Shown: positions 1 to 11,277, counted from the stretch's first letter. The stretch: DNA of 64,000 nucleotides from an uncultured Alphaproteobacteria bacterium (GCA_963792345.1 CAWBVV010000003.1:302205-366204), one strand, 5' to 3'. Notes: generated by a model not told the origin, from the sequence alone. A program made the numbers and translations.

Positions 1-991
1 GCCAGCCGGCGCGGGGGCCTCGGCCCACGCGTTGGCGTAGCGCTTCGCCAGCCAGGCGCAGACCATCAACTGGATCTGGTGGAACAGCATCAGCGGCAGC
101 ACGATCAGCCCGACGGACTGGCCGGCCAGCAGCACGGTGGCCATCGGCAGGCCGCTCGCCAGGCTCTTTTTGGAGCCGCAGAACACGATGGTGACCTCGT
201 CGGTGCGGGAGAAGCCCAGCAGCCGGCTGCCATAGGTGGTGATCGCCAGGACCGGCGGCAGCAGCAGCCGCGTCGACCGCCAGCAGCCGGCCGAGATCGG
301 CCATGCCAAGCTGATGCCAGATGCCCTGGGTCACGCCCTCGCTGAACGCGGTATAGACGACCAGCAGGATCGAGCCGCGATCGACCAGGCCAAGCAGCTC
401 TTGTTGCGCTGCGCCCACTCGCCGATCAGCGGGCGGGCGAGCTGGCCCGGCGGCGAACGGCAGCAGCAGCTGGACAACGATGTCGCCGGCGCCCCTGATC
501 GAGAATCCGCCCTGCGCGCTCAGCAACAGGCCAGCGAGCAGCGGGGTCAGCAGCATGCCGAGAAGGTTGGACAGCGTGGCGGCGCAAAGCGCGGCCGGCA
601 CGTTGCCGCGGGCGATGGAGGTGAAGGCGATCGACGATTGGACTGTCGAAGGCAGCACCGAAAGCAGGATCAGCCCAGTCCAAAGCGGCGGCGTCAGAAG
701 CTGTGGCGCCACGGCGCGCGCGGTCAGCGCCAGGGCGGGAAACAGCAGGAAGGTCGAGGTCAGGACAACGATGTGCAGCCGCCAGTGGCGCGCCCCGGCC
801 AACGCCGCCTTCGGGGCCAGGCGGGCGCCATGCAGGAAAAACAGCAGCGCGATCGCCGCGGTGGTGACGTGGCCGGCGACGACCGCGCCGGTTCCATGCA
901 CCGGCAGCAGCGACGCCAGACACACCATGCCGACGATAGCGGCGATATAGGGGTCGATCGGCAGCCGGGCAAGCAGCGACTTGCGGGACAT
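1..991 (-). CDS. Bile acid:sodium symporter family (YfeH-like) transporter, 3' end at window edge, frameshifted
   Basis: Manual minus-strand translation from ATG at 991: MSRKSLLARLPIDPYIAAIVGMVCLASLLP...LFFLHGARL...LPSTVQSSIAFTSIARGNV...LPLMLFHQIQLMVCAWLA; divergent from a LysR gene. Confidence 0.85.
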   Translation of the reverse strand, partial: MSRKSLLARLPIDPYIAAIVGMVCLASLLPVHGTGAVVAGHVTTAAIALLFFLHGARLAPKAALAGARHWRLHIVVLTSTFLLFPALALTARAVAPQLLTPPLWTGLILLSVLPSTVQSSIAFTSIARGNVPAALCAATLSNLLGMLLTPLLAGLLLSAQGGFSIRGAGDIVVQLLLPFAAGPARPPADRRVGAAQQELLGLVDRGSILLVVYTAFSEGVTQGIWHQLGMADLGRLLAVDAAAAAAGPGDHHLWQPAAGLLPHRRGHHRVLRLQKEPGERPADGHRAAGRPVRRADRAAADAVPPDPVDGLRLAGEALRQRVGRGPRAGW

Positions 992-1076
992 ACGGCGATT
1001 CCTCCTGCTTCTGCGATGCAGCAAAAGCTAGACCGCTCCTGTTCCATTGTGAACCGCTCTAAACAGCGTTATTGTC

Positions 1077-1091
1077 ATCATGTTTCATGAT
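1077..1091. promoter_or_regulatory. LysR-type T-N11-A operator
   Basis: Palindrome ATCATG-TTT-CATGAT between the divergent symporter and LysR genes. Confidence 0.6.
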
Positions 1092-1157
1092 AAGCAATCG
1101 CCGGGCGGACGCCGCTGCCACCGCACATGGATCGCCCACCCCAAAATGAGAAACCGA

Positions 1158-2013
1158 ATGTTCGACCCGATCCATCTGGAAAGCTTTCTCGCCGTAGCCC
1201 GCACGCGCAACTTCACCGAAGCGGGTCGGCGGCTCGGACTGCAGCAATCGACCATCAGCCAGCACATCCGCAAGCTGGAGGCCAGCGCCGGGCGGCGGCT
1301 GTTCGTGCGCGATACCCATCGTGTGACGCTGACCGCGGATGGCGAGGCGATGACCGGCTTCGCGCATACCATCCTCGACACCAGCGAGCGCGCCCGGCGC
1401 TATTTCTGCCGGGTCGCAGCTGCGCGGCCGGGTCCGGTTCGGAACCTCGGAGGACTTCGTCAGCACCCGCCTGCCGGAGTTGCTGCGCGAGTTCGTGCGT
1501 CAGCACGCGCTGGTCGATCTGGAGCTGAAGGTCGGCGTCAGCGCAACGCTGTACGAACACCTCGATGCCGGCGAACTGGACCTGGTGCTGGCGAAGCGGC
1601 GCCAGGGCGACGACCGCGGGCGGCTGGTGTGGCGCGACCGACTGGCCTGGGTAGGCGCGCCCGGCATGCAGGTCGAGGCGCCGGTGCCGCTGATCCTGTA
1701 CAACCCACCCAGCATCACGCGGGCGGTGGCGCTGGAGGCGCTGGAACGAGCGGGGCTGACGTGGCGGATCGCCTGCACCAGCGGCAGCCTGAGCGGGTTG
1801 CGCGCCGCCTGCCTGGCGGGGCTGGGCGTGACGGTGCACGCCCGGGGGCTGATGCCGGATGGGCTGATGGAAATGCCGGCCTCGCGGCGTCTGCCGGAAC
1901 TTGGGGATGTCGAGTTCGTGGTGCTCGGCGCCGCGACCGGGCTGCGAGGGCCCGCCGCGGCGCTGGCGCAGGCAATCCTGGAAAATGGCGACCGGTTGCA
2001 GCTTGCCGGCTGA
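1158..2013 (+). CDS. LysR family transcriptional regulator (frameshift ~1410)
   Basis: HTH region MFDPIHLESFLAVARTRNFTEAGRRLGLQQSTISQHIRKLE continues into the substrate-binding domain in ORF 1480..2013. Confidence 0.9.
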
Positions 2014-2059
2014 CCAACCTCCCGACCGCCACCCTTCATGGTGAACTGTCGCCCGAAGT

Positions 2060-3256
2060 TTATTTCGCCAGCGCGGGCTGCTTTACTTCAAGCGTCTTGC
2101 CCTTGAAAGCCGGCATCACTTCCTTGGCGAACCGCTCAACCTGCTCAAGAATAACGGACTCCGGCACGCCCAGCGACGGACTGATCGAGACACGATCCAG
2201 CCCCGGATAGGCTTTCTCGAGCGCCTTCAGATGCTCGATGATCTCGTCCGGCGAACCCGTCAGGAAACCGCCGGATTTTACCGCATCCTCGATACGCGGC
2301 AGTTTGGCCGTCGGCGCGCGCAGCGGATCGCGCATGATTTCGATCTGCTCGTTGGTCATCGCGCGGTTCAGGCGCAATTCACCGAACATCTTCATGTTTT
2401 CCTCGTAATACTTCGCCGCATCCCTGATGCACTGCTCCTTGCTTTCACCAATATAGAAATGGAACCCGAAGCACAGACGCTCACCCAACTCGATGTGCTT
2501 GCCGATCTTCGCGTGCTCCGCCTGCCACTTCACCACGACATTGTGCATGGCGCCTCCCTCGGCCGAACCGCCACCGACCATGCCCTGGATGCCGTGCTTT
2601 GCCATGAATGCCAGCGCACGCTCGGACCCGCCCTGGATGGGCTGCCAGCACTCCACCGGCAACCGCGCCGGACGGGGCACCAGCGTCAGTTCCTTCAACG
2701 TGTAGCCACGATAGGGAACCTCCGGCGGCAATGTATAATGCTTGCCCTTATGGCTGAACGAGTCGTTGTTGAACGACTTGAAGATGATGTCGACCTGTTC
2801 TTCAAACAGCTCCCGATTGGCCTCCTGGTCCGTCAGCGGCGACCCGAACGTTTCGACCTCGCGCGTATGGTAGCCGCGCGCCACGCCGAACACGACACGG
2901 CCCTTCGAAAGTATGTCCGCCATGGCGTAATCCTCGGCCAGGCGCAACGGGTGCCACATCGGGGTCACGTTGAACCCGCAGCCGATGTTGATGTTCTTGG
3001 TTACATGTGTCAGGTGCAGGGCCATCAGCAGCACGTTCGGAATGCACTCGGTGCCCTCACGCTGGAAATGGTGCTCGGCCATCCAGAAAGTCGAGTAACC
3101 AAGCCCATCCATGGCCTGCGCGATGGCTTGCGCTTTCGACAGCGCCGTCGACAGGTGCGCGTTGTCGTACCGGCGGTCGTTGATCGGGATGCCGCCATAG
3201 CCGATGTCTTCCACATCGGTGTGCCCCGCGAACAAGCTGTCGAATTTTGTGATCAT
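2060..3256 (-). CDS. LLM (luciferase-like) flavin-dependent oxidoreductase
   Basis: FWMAEHHF, WHPLRLAEDYAMADILSKGRVVFGVARGY; start MITKFDSLF. Confidence 0.9.
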   Translation of the reverse strand: MITKFDSLFAGHTDVEDIGYGGIPINDRRYDNAHLSTALSKAQAIAQAMDGLGYSTFWMAEHHFQREGTECIPNVLLMALHLTHVTKNINIGCGFNVTPMWHPLRLAEDYAMADILSKGRVVFGVARGYHTREVETFGSPLTDQEANRELFEEQVDIIFKSFNNDSFSHKGKHYTLPPEVPYRGYTLKELTLVPRPARLPVECWQPIQGGSERALAFMAKHGIQGMVGGGSAEGGAMHNVVVKWQAEHAKIGKHIELGERLCFGFHFYIGESKEQCIRDAAKYYEENMKMFGELRLNRAMTNEQIEIMRDPLRAPTAKLPRIEDAVKSGGFLTGSPDEIIEHLKALEKAYPGLDRVSISPSLGVPESVILEQVERFAKEVMPAFKGKTLEVKQPALAK

Positions 3257-3400
3257 TGGCTTTTTCCTCCGCTCGTGCACCGATAGTACGCGGCGCGGAG
3301 CCCTTGGCAAGTTACGCGGACGGCGGGTCCACGGCGCCGGATTCCGCCCGCTTCATCGCGAACGCCGATCATCGCCCCGACCCATGGTCGTGGAACTTCG

Positions 3401-4519
3401 TCAGACCCGGTACAGCGCCGTCGCGTTATTCAGGAAAAAATCGCGGCGCCGTCCAAAATCGACGCCGGCGGGCAGCACATGCGCGGGATCATCGTAGTCC
3501 CAGTGCGGATAGTCCGTCGCGAACAGCAACCGGTCCCAGCCGATCCAATCTATCGCGTCCAGCGCTTGGGATTTAAGCGCCGGCTCTTCCATCGGCTGCG
3601 TCGTCAGCCAGACCTGGGTCCGAATATACTCGGACGGCGGTCGTTTCAAATGCGGCAACTCCAAGCGCAGCCGGTGCCACAGCTTGTCCAGCCGCCAGCA
3701 CAGCGACGGCAGCCAGGCGAAGCCCGCCTCCACCACCACGATCTTCAATTTCGGAAACCGCTCGAATATGCCTTCCATCACCATGCTGGTCAGCATCGTC
3801 TGGCAGGACTGCGCATGGCCGACCATGTCCTCCATATAGAACGAAGGCCAGCCGCCACCGGACACCGGATATCCGCCGAACCCAAACGCATGGATGCCGA
3901 CCGGCAATCCTGCCTCCGACGCCGCGCGGTAGATCGGCCAATATCGTTTCTGCCCCGCCGGTTCGGCGGTCCGGCTCAATAACAGGACCTGCACGTAGTC
4001 GGGGTGTCCGGCCCAGCGTCCGATTTCCGCCGCCGAGGCCTCTCCATCCTCGTAAGGAACCAGCAGTGAGCCCTTCAATCTGGGCTCCGGCTGGGTCCAC
4101 TCCGCGACCTGCCAGCGGTTCATCGCCTGGCACAGTGCATCCGCGAGATAGCCGTTCTGGAAACTTCCCGGATGCGGCCGGATCATGTTCAGCACGCCAA
4201 GACTGATGTTATGCGGGTCGAGATGGTGGGTGCGCATGAAATCAAGATCGCTGCCTGGGCGTCCACCGTTCGGCGGCCACGAATCCCGTCGCGATGCGTC
4301 AGGCTGGCTCTTGGGATAGGCAGGCCCGGTCTCGAACGCCTGCCGGGGCAGCGGCCCGAACATCTCCAGATGATCCTGCCAGCGCTTTTCCAAATACGGA
4401 TAAAGCCCCTTCATCCCCAGCCTGGGTGACTGATGGATGTCGCAGTCGGCGATGGCCAGGCGCGTGGCGTTGGCCGGCTGCTCCGTGGGCTTGGCGACAT
4501 CGATCGTCATGTTCGGCAC
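3401..4519 (-). CDS. Amidohydrolase_2 family protein
   Basis: IADCDIH, LPVGIH, VVVEAGFAWLP, LLFATDYPHWD. Confidence 0.9.
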   Translation of the reverse strand: MPNMTIDVAKPTEQPANATRLAIADCDIHQSPRLGMKGLYPYLEKRWQDHLEMFGPLPRQAFETGPAYPKSQPDASRRDSWPPNGGRPGSDLDFMRTHHLDPHNISLGVLNMIRPHPGSFQNGYLADALCQAMNRWQVAEWTQPEPRLKGSLLVPYEDGEASAAEIGRWAGHPDYVQVLLLSRTAEPAGQKRYWPIYRAASEAGLPVGIHAFGFGGYPVSGGGWPSFYMEDMVGHAQSCQTMLTSMVMEGIFERFPKLKIVVVEAGFAWLPSLCWRLDKLWHRLRLELPHLKRPPSEYIRTQVWLTTQPMEEPALKSQALDAIDWIGWDRLLFATDYPHWDYDDPAHVLPAGVDFGRRRDFFLNNATALYRV

Positions 4520-4568
4520 TCCCTGTGGTTGCGGCGGTTGCGAAAAGCCTGGCTTTCCGGCGACGCCG

Positions 4569-4838
4569 CTACCCGACCTGATGAAAGCCGGGATCTTCCG
4601 GCGGTTCGGCCAATTCCTCCTCGATCGAGGATACCTCTGCCATGCGCGGCCCTCGGCGGCATAACCGCGACAACTCTTCGACCGAGGCGGTGTCTCCGGC
4701 GATCAATGCCTCGACCGCGCCGTCCGGCCGGTTGCGCACCCACCCGGAAATGCCAAGCTCCGTTGCCTTGTGCGCCATCCAGGCCCGGTAGCCAACGCCC
4801 TGGACCCTGCCTGCGATAACCAATCGTTTTGCGTTCAC
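4569..4838 (-). CDS. acyP: Acylphosphatase
   Basis: GRVQGVGYR and [12 protein letters not shown] motifs. Confidence 0.95.
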   Translation of the reverse strand: MNAKRLVIAGRVQGVGYRAWMAHKATELGISGWVRNRPDGAVEALIAGDTASVEELSRLCRRGPRMAEVSSIEEELAEPPEDPGFHQVG

Positions 4839-5548
4839 CGGTCCCCCCGCGTGAGGTCGATATACCGGGCTGCCAGCACGATGTCCGCCAACATGCTGGT
4901 ACGCCGGTCAACCGCCTCGTAATCATCGCCCCATTGCTCAGCCTGGAACAATTCGTCCAAGGCGCCAAGCTTGAAGGCTGTATCAGCATCCATTTCACCG
5001 GCGGCGAGCGCCAGGCCTAGCACCAGGCTGCCCAATGCGGGGACCGCGATTCCCAGCCCGGCGAGGGCGTGGATGTCCAGGACCGCAACCGCGCGGCGCA
5101 GTGCCGCGATACTGTCATGATGCTGCTTCACATAGGCAATGCCGCTCGAAATTCGCAACGGCGCGTCGTAGGTCAGTGCGGCCCAGTCCAGCCATGGCTG
5201 CCATTGCTGATGCTGACGCTGAACAAGTTTCTGCGGCGTCTCGGCGCGGTAGCACAGCAGGTCGCTCTCGCCGTAGCGGGCGATGGCGTCGATGGTCGGC
5301 GCCGGATCAGGGGCGATGCGCTCCAGCGCGGTGCCGGCGAGACGCGTGAGCGGTGTGTCCTTGAACGACATTTCGCCGCCCTTTTCACCGCCGGCCGCCT
5401 GCCATTCCTCAGCGACCGCACGTGCCAGGCGTGCAGGCCCCACCACCAGCTTCGCGCCGCTCGGCAGGCGCATCGGCTTCCCGTCCAACAGGATGGTGTG
5501 GCCCCCCTCGGTCCATTCCACGGAAGCGGCTTCCCAGAAACGTTTCAC
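4835..5548 (-). CDS. ATP12 family chaperone
   Basis: MKRFW...[10 protein letters not shown]...PLTRLAGTA...DLLCYRAE; conserved neighbour of rluC. Confidence 0.93.
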   Translation of the reverse strand: MKRFWEAASVEWTEGGHTILLDGKPMRLPSGAKLVVGPARLARAVAEEWQAAGGEKGGEMSFKDTPLTRLAGTALERIAPDPAPTIDAIARYGESDLLCYRAETPQKLVQRQHQQWQPWLDWAALTYDAPLRISSGIAYVKQHHDSIAALRRAVAVLDIHALAGLGIAVPALGSLVLGLALAAGEMDADTAFKLGALDELFQAEQWGDDYEAVDRRTSMLADIVLAARYIDLTRGDR

Positions 5549-5558
5549 GCGTCGACTT

Positions 5559-8159
5559 TCAACGGAACAGATTCTTTAATAGCGCACCTGGATTAGGCGC
5601 ACCGGGATTAGGCGCACCTGGATTTGCCGCACCGGGGCTTGCCGCATTCGGCTTGGCCTCGGAAGCCGCCGCCGGAATCGCCTGTCCCCGGGCCGCGGCC
5701 AGGGCGGCGGGGCACATGTCGGTCGTGCCGCCGGTCAGCAGCTTATCCGCCCCCAGCAGGCCGCCGACAATACCCAGTGGCGTGGCATTGCCCAGCACGA
5801 CACCGGCCACTGTCCCGGCGTTCGCCTCGGCCGCGGCAAGGTCGTTCACCTTGACCGAAGGTGCCAGGATCGGGCCGGACACCGCGACCGGAATGACGAC
5901 GTCGGTGCGCGCGACCCTGGCCTGCGGGCGCAATGCCATGGCCAGGGTCTCCGACCCCAGATTAACGGTGCCGGCGCCGCTCATGGTCAGCAACGACGAA
6001 CTCAGCGCGAGCGCCTTGATCGCGCCGACGCCTTTCTGCGCGTCCATGCGCAGCGCGAAGCATTTCAATTCACTGGTGCCACCCTTGCCAACGAGGTCCA
6101 GCGCGTTGACCGCATCCAGCACTTTCCCCAGCATGCTGCCAAGCAACCGATTGTCGATGGTGCCGTTGGCCATCGCAAGACCAAGCGACCCGGCAAGTGA
6201 ACTGGCGATGGCGTGCGGGGTGGCGCCGGCGCCGGTCATGTCGGCGTAGACCTCCAGGTTGCCATTGGCATAGGCAGGTTCGTGGGTGGCCGCCAGGATT
6301 GTTTTCACCGCCAGGCCCGGCGCGTGCAGGACCACATGCACCGGCGGCGCGGGCTGCGAGGCGTCAGCCGAGAAGTTGCCGGACAGATGCCCGCCCGGCA
6401 GGTCCGCCGCGAACGGGTTGACCACCAGTTTACCGTTGTTTGCCACCACATGTGTCGTGATCGCCTTATAGTCGGCACCCCCGCTGCGCAGCACGGCGAT
6501 GGTCAGCGTCAGGTCGGCGTCCGCGGCGCGCAGCGCGTCGAACGGGATGGGCTGGTCGGAAAATAGCCGTCCGCTTGGCTTCTGTGCCGGTGCGGTCGCC
6601 GCCGGCTTGCCGTCCGCCGGTGCCGCGCCCACTGGTGCCGCGCCCACTGGTGCCGCGCCCGCCGGTGCGCCCGGTTTCTGGTCGATCGCGGCTTGCATCG
6701 CGTCGAGGTCGAGGCGGTTCGATTTCAATGTCGCCGTCAGGGATTTTCGTGCGCCGAGGCCAATCGCGGCATCGCCGGCCAGGTCACCGTCATCTGTCGT
6801 CAGCGTCAGCCCGTGCAGCGCCGCGCCATTGCGCAAGCCGCCGGCTGCATCAGTCATCGTGGCCTGCAGCGCGATCTGCTTGATCGCCGGCAACGGGCGG
6901 CGGGCCAGCGCCGACAGCATGGACAGGTCAGGGATCCGCGCGGCCAGGGCGATGTTGGCGCCGCTCATGGCCTGCGCGTTGGTGATGCTGCCCTTGGCGG
7001 AGATTGTCGCGCCGGCTGCCTGTAGTGTCGCATCGATCGGGAACGCGGCGGGCTTCCCGTTCGGCATAAGCGATGCCAGCGGCCCGGTCGTCGCGGCCAG
7101 GGTCAGCGCCTGATCTCCAAGCTTGCCGGCGGCATTGGCCTTCAACGGCTGGTCGGCCGATGCCGCGCCGATGTCCAGATGGTCCAGTGCCAGGCCGGGC
7201 ATCTGACTGCTCAGGTCGGAGGCTCCGACATGCAGTGTCAGCGTCGAGAACTCCGGCAACGCGCCACCCTTGTCCGCGACCTTGGCGGCGAACGTCACGT
7301 CATGCAGCGGCGGCGGAACAAAACCCTGCAGCAGCGGAGCGAAAGCCGACGCATCGGGAACGCTGCCGCTCAACGCGAGATCATAGCCCTTGCCTTGCAG
7401 CGGCTGGGTAAGCGATCCGTCAGCGCTGATCTTCGCGTTTCCCATCGTGAGCACCAGCTTCACCGGCCAGGGCGAGGTTGCGGCCGGGTCCTGCAACCGG
7501 GTCAGGCTGCCGGTATCGCCGGTGACATTCAGCACGGTACCGTTATAGATCGCGTCCGTGCTGATGTGCAGCGGCGCATCGGCGGACGCCGCGCTCGCCT
7601 CCAGCTTCGGCAGGCCGAGCGTAGTCACTTTCCCATTACGGTCGTCACGATAGGCGATCGAGCCGTCCTGGATGAGGATCGAGGCAACGCTGACCGCGGT
7701 CTGGGTGTGACCTGATTTGGCCGGTGCCTGCGAACCCGCCGGCGCGGCGGGTGAGACCTCCGGTGTCAACTGCCAGTTGGGATGCCCGGAAGCGTCGGTT
7801 TCCAGCAGGATGTCGGGGTGGACCAGCACCAGGCGATCAATCTCAAACCGGCTGGACAGCAGCGGCAGCAGCGCCAGTTGCAGGTCAAGGCCCTGCAGCG
7901 ATGCCATCTGTGGGCGGGAGAAGCCAGGCGGATTGGCGAACGTGACGTCCGTCGCCTGGATCGTTGGCCAGAGCGACGGCTTGAGGGCGATCTTGCCGTT
8001 CAGGGTCAGGTCCCGTCCGGTCGCCCGTTTCACCGCCTGGATGATGTCCGGCTTGTACTGGTTCGGATCGAAGCGGGCGATGGCGATGGCGCCACCGCCC
8101 ACCGCCAATACAAGGATGGCGGCGACGGCGATCAGGGCGATGCGAAGCGGCCGTCTCAT
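5559..8159 (-). CDS. AsmA family protein
   Basis: N-terminal TM then FDPNQYKPDIIQAVKRATGRDLTLNG; beta-rich C-terminus; low-complexity NPGAP tail. Confidence 0.9.
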   Translation of the reverse strand: MRRPLRIALIAVAAILVLAVGGGAIAIARFDPNQYKPDIIQAVKRATGRDLTLNGKIALKPSLWPTIQATDVTFANPPGFSRPQMASLQGLDLQLALLPLLSSRFEIDRLVLVHPDILLETDASGHPNWQLTPEVSPAAPAGSQAPAKSGHTQTAVSVASILIQDGSIAYRDDRNGKVTTLGLPKLEASAASADAPLHISTDAIYNGTVLNVTGDTGSLTRLQDPAATSPWPVKLVLTMGNAKISADGSLTQPLQGKGYDLALSGSVPDASAFAPLLQGFVPPPLHDVTFAAKVADKGGALPEFSTLTLHVGASDLSSQMPGLALDHLDIGAASADQPLKANAAGKLGDQALTLAATTGPLASLMPNGKPAAFPIDATLQAAGATISAKGSITNAQAMSGANIALAARIPDLSMLSALARRPLPAIKQIALQATMTDAAGGLRNGAALHGLTLTTDDGDLAGDAAIGLGARKSLTATLKSNRLDLDAMQAAIDQKPGAPAGAAPVGAAPVGAAPADGKPAATAPAQKPSGRLFSDQPIPFDALRAADADLTLTIAVLRSGGADYKAITTHVVANNGKLVVNPFAADLPGGHLSGNFSADASQPAPPVHVVLHAPGLAVKTILAATHEPAYANGNLEVYADMTGAGATPHAIASSLAGSLGLAMANGTIDNRLLGSMLGKVLDAVNALDLVGKGGTSELKCFALRMDAQKGVGAIKALALSSSLLTMSGAGTVNLGSETLAMALRPQARVARTDVVIPVAVSGPILAPSVKVNDLAAAEANAGTVAGVVLGNATPLGIVGGLLGADKLLTGGTTDMCPAALAAARGQAIPAAASEAKPNAASPGAANPGAPNPGAPNPGALLKNLFR

Positions 8160-9145
8160 TTACCTCTCCCTGGGGACTGAGCGGGTGGTGCATGAAAGCC
8201 CAGCGTCTTGAACGTGCCCCTCATATGGGGAGGAAGATCGGCTTCGACAGTCAGGGTGCCCCCGGCTGGGTGCGGCAGAACCAGCCGTCTGGCGTGTAAG
8301 TGAAGATCGCTCGAAAGCCCCTCGACCAGCGCCGAGAATGCCATGTTCTGATCGGGCTCCTCGTATTTTTCATCACCCAGGATGGGCGCGCGCAGCGCGA
8401 CACAGTGCACGCGAAGCTGATGGGTTCGCCCGGTCAGCGGCTTCAGCTCCAGCCAGGCCAGCTTCTGCGCCGCGTTATCGAGCGTGCGGTAGTCGGTGAT
8501 GGCGCGGGCGCCCTGCGGGTCGTCGCGCTCCGCCGGGGCCGTGCGTTCACCCCTCGCGCCGCCCACCCGCTTCAGCGGCAGGTCAATGCGCCCCTCCACC
8601 GGCACCGGCCGGCCGGCGACGACCGCCCAGTAGGTTTTCTCAATGTCGCGGCCGCGGAACAATGCCGCCAGCTTGCCTGCGGTTCCGGGGGTGCGGGCCA
8701 GCAGCAGGACACCGGTGGTGTCCCGGTCCAGGCGGTGCACCAGGCGGGGCCGGTGTTCCGAACCGAACCGCAGGGCGTCCAGCATGCCGTCGAGGTGGCG
8801 GGTGATCCCGGGACCGCCCTGTACGGGCAATCCATAGGGCTTGTTGATCACCAGGATCTGGTCGTCCCGGTAGACGACCGCTTGCTGCAGATCCTTGGCG
8901 TCATGCGGATCGACCCGGCTGGCCGGTTTGGGTTCGGCTGGCGGGTCCATCGGCGGGATGCGGATCGACTGGCCCGCGGTCAGCCTTGTGTTGGTCTCGG
9001 CGCGGGCCCCGTCCACCCTGATCTGCCCGGTGCGGCAAAGTTTCTGGATCAGGCTTTGCTGCAGTCCGGGGTGGTGGCGGCGGAGCCAGCGGTCAAGGCG
9101 GATGTCGGCCTCGTCCTCGGTCACGGTGCGGCTTTGGAGTGTCAT
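8156..9145 (-). CDS. rluC: RluA-family 23S rRNA pseudouridine synthase with S4 domain
   Basis: RLDRW S4 start, NKPYGLPVQGG, VHRLDRDTTG, TGRTHQLRVH. Confidence 0.9.
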   Translation of the reverse strand: MTLQSRTVTEDEADIRLDRWLRRHHPGLQQSLIQKLCRTGQIRVDGARAETNTRLTAGQSIRIPPMDPPAEPKPASRVDPHDAKDLQQAVVYRDDQILVINKPYGLPVQGGPGITRHLDGMLDALRFGSEHRPRLVHRLDRDTTGVLLLARTPGTAGKLAALFRGRDIEKTYWAVVAGRPVPVEGRIDLPLKRVGGARGERTAPAERDDPQGARAITDYRTLDNAAQKLAWLELKPLTGRTHQLRVHCVALRAPILGDEKYEEPDQNMAFSALVEGLSSDLHLHARRLVLPHPAGGTLTVEADLPPHMRGTFKTLGFHAPPAQSPGRGK

Positions 9146-9309
9146 GCGCGGGGTTTAAAGTGCGTCCCGCTTGATGGCCAGCGCCATCGGATCGGCCGGT
9201 TGTCCGGATCGTTCAAACAGTGCCACGATGGATGCGAAGATCCACGCAACATGCGCGCCCAGCGATGGCGTCGGGGCATGGCGTCGGATCGGGTAGGGGA
9301 GAAACCGCC

Positions 9310-10062
9310 ATGCCGTTCTACGAAAAAGGTGACGTCCGCATCCATTACGAGGAAGCCGGCTCCGGCTTCCCGTTGCTGATCATTCCGGGTGGGGGTCTCA
9401 ATTCGGCAATTCCCTTCGTCACCGAGAAGGGTCCGTTCAACGCGATCGAGGCATTCAAGGACGAGTACCACTGCGTCACCATGGACCTTCGCAATGCCGA
9501 TGGCGGCGAGTCCTCCGGCCCGATCGAGATCGACCGTCCCTGGGACGCATACACCGATGATCAACTTGGCCTGATGGATTACCTGGGCTTCGATAGGTTC
9601 CTGGTCATGGGCTTCTGCATCGGCGGCCCGTTCATTTGGAACCTGTTGCGCAGGGCGCCCCAGCGTGTCGTGGCCGCGGTGTTGGCGCAACCGAGCGGGG
9701 CTCGTCCGGAAATGCCGGATCTGTTCTACAACAATAACATGGCTGGCTGGGGTCCGGCGCTGTGTGCCCGCCGGCCCGACGTCACGATGGCGATGGTGGA
9801 TGCATTCCTGAACAGGATGTACCGCTCCAACCCCGACTTCGTCTTTACGGTCACGCGCGACTTCGTGCGCGACTGCCAGACGCCGATCCTCGTCCTGCCG
9901 GACGACGTCCCGGCGCACCCGTACGCGGTGGCGATGGAATCCGCGCGCCTCGCGCCAAACGCCCAGGTGAGCCTGTACCCCTGGAAGGAACCGCCGGACC
10001 TGATCCCCCTCGCGCTGCGCCACGTGCGCACCTTCCTGCGCGCCAACCGGCCCGCCCATTGA
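9310..10062 (+). CDS. Alpha/beta fold hydrolase
   Basis: IHYEEAGSGFPLLIIPGGG; nucleophile elbow GFCIGG; GGAG RBS before ATG 9310. Confidence 0.85.
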   Translation: MPFYEKGDVRIHYEEAGSGFPLLIIPGGGLNSAIPFVTEKGPFNAIEAFKDEYHCVTMDLRNADGGESSGPIEIDRPWDAYTDDQLGLMDYLGFDRFLVMGFCIGGPFIWNLLRRAPQRVVAAVLAQPSGARPEMPDLFYNNNMAGWGPALCARRPDVTMAMVDAFLNRMYRSNPDFVFTVTRDFVRDCQTPILVLPDDVPAHPYAVAMESARLAPNAQVSLYPWKEPPDLIPLALRHVRTFLRANRPAH

Positions 10063-10176
10063 ATGCCACGGCTTCGGCCCGGTCCGGCGGGAAGCCAACG
10101 CCGCATGGCGCACCGCCGCCTGCCGTAGCCGCGCTTCGAACCTGCCAGCCTTCGGGCCAACAAACGGGAGCACCAC

Positions 10177-11173
10177 ATGCGTATAGTCGCCCTGGAAGAG
10201 CATTTCATCGTCCCCCGTATCGTTGCCGGAATCCCGGCTGACGCGGTTGCCCGTCGTGGCTTTCCCGGCCCGGATTTCGTCTGGTCCCAGACCACGAAAC
10301 GCAGTGAGCTTGCCGATCTCGGTGATGCCCGGATCGCGGACATGGACGCCAGCGGGATCTCCGTGCAGGTGCTGTCGGTCGCCGGTCCGGGCGCCGACCT
10401 CGTTCCCGGAGCCGAAGGCATTGCCCTCGCACGCGCCTATAACGACGCTTTGGCCGAAGCCTGCGCCCGCCACCCGGCCCGCTACCGCGGCTTCGCGCAC
10501 CTGCCGATGCTCGCCCCGGAAGCGGCGGCGGACGAACTTCAGCGCACGGTGGAAGATCTCGGCTTTCATGGCGTGCTGGTGAACGGCGCCACCGACGGGC
10601 GCTTTCTCGACGACCCGGCTTTCGAGCCGATCCTGGCACGGGCGGAAAAGCTGGACGTGCCGGTCTACCTGCATCCCGGCATCCCGGCACCTTCGATCCG
10701 CAGCGCCTATTACGACAACCTGCCGGGGAATTTCAGCTTCACCATGGCGCTCTCCGCCTGGGGATGGCACGCCGAGACCGCGGTCCACACGCTGCGCCTC
10801 GGTACTCAGCGGTGCCCTCGACCGGCATCCCCGGCTGAAGATCGTTATCGGCCACATGGGCGAGGCGCTGCCGTTCATGCTTGACCGCATCGATGAGACC
10901 ACCTCCGCCGAAGCCAGGCTGCGCCTCAGCCGCTCGGTTCGGCAGACAATTCTCGACCAGGTATGGATCACCACCAGCGGGTTTTTCACCATGGTTCCGT
11001 TCGTGGCGGCGCTCATGTCGTTCGGGGTGGACCGCATCCTGTTCTCGGTCGACTACCCGTTCGCCTCCAATGCCCGCGCCCGGGCATTCCTGGATGCGCT
11101 GCCGGTTTCGCCGGCGGATCGGGAGAAGATCGCTCATGGCAACGCGGACCGGTTGCTGCGGTTGCCGGCCTGA
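10177..11173 (+). CDS. Amidohydrolase_2 family, aromatic-acid decarboxylase-like (frameshift ~10805)
   Basis: IVALEEHF, VPVYLHP, GHMGEALPF, ILFSVDYPF split over two frames. Confidence 0.88.
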
Positions 11174-11277
11174 ATGCGGTGGCGATTCTCGTGCCGCCGC
11201 CACTTGCACCCGCTATCCACATTCCTCCACAGGCAAACACGATGCGCGCCGCTGCCGGCCTGAGTTAGAATACCTGC

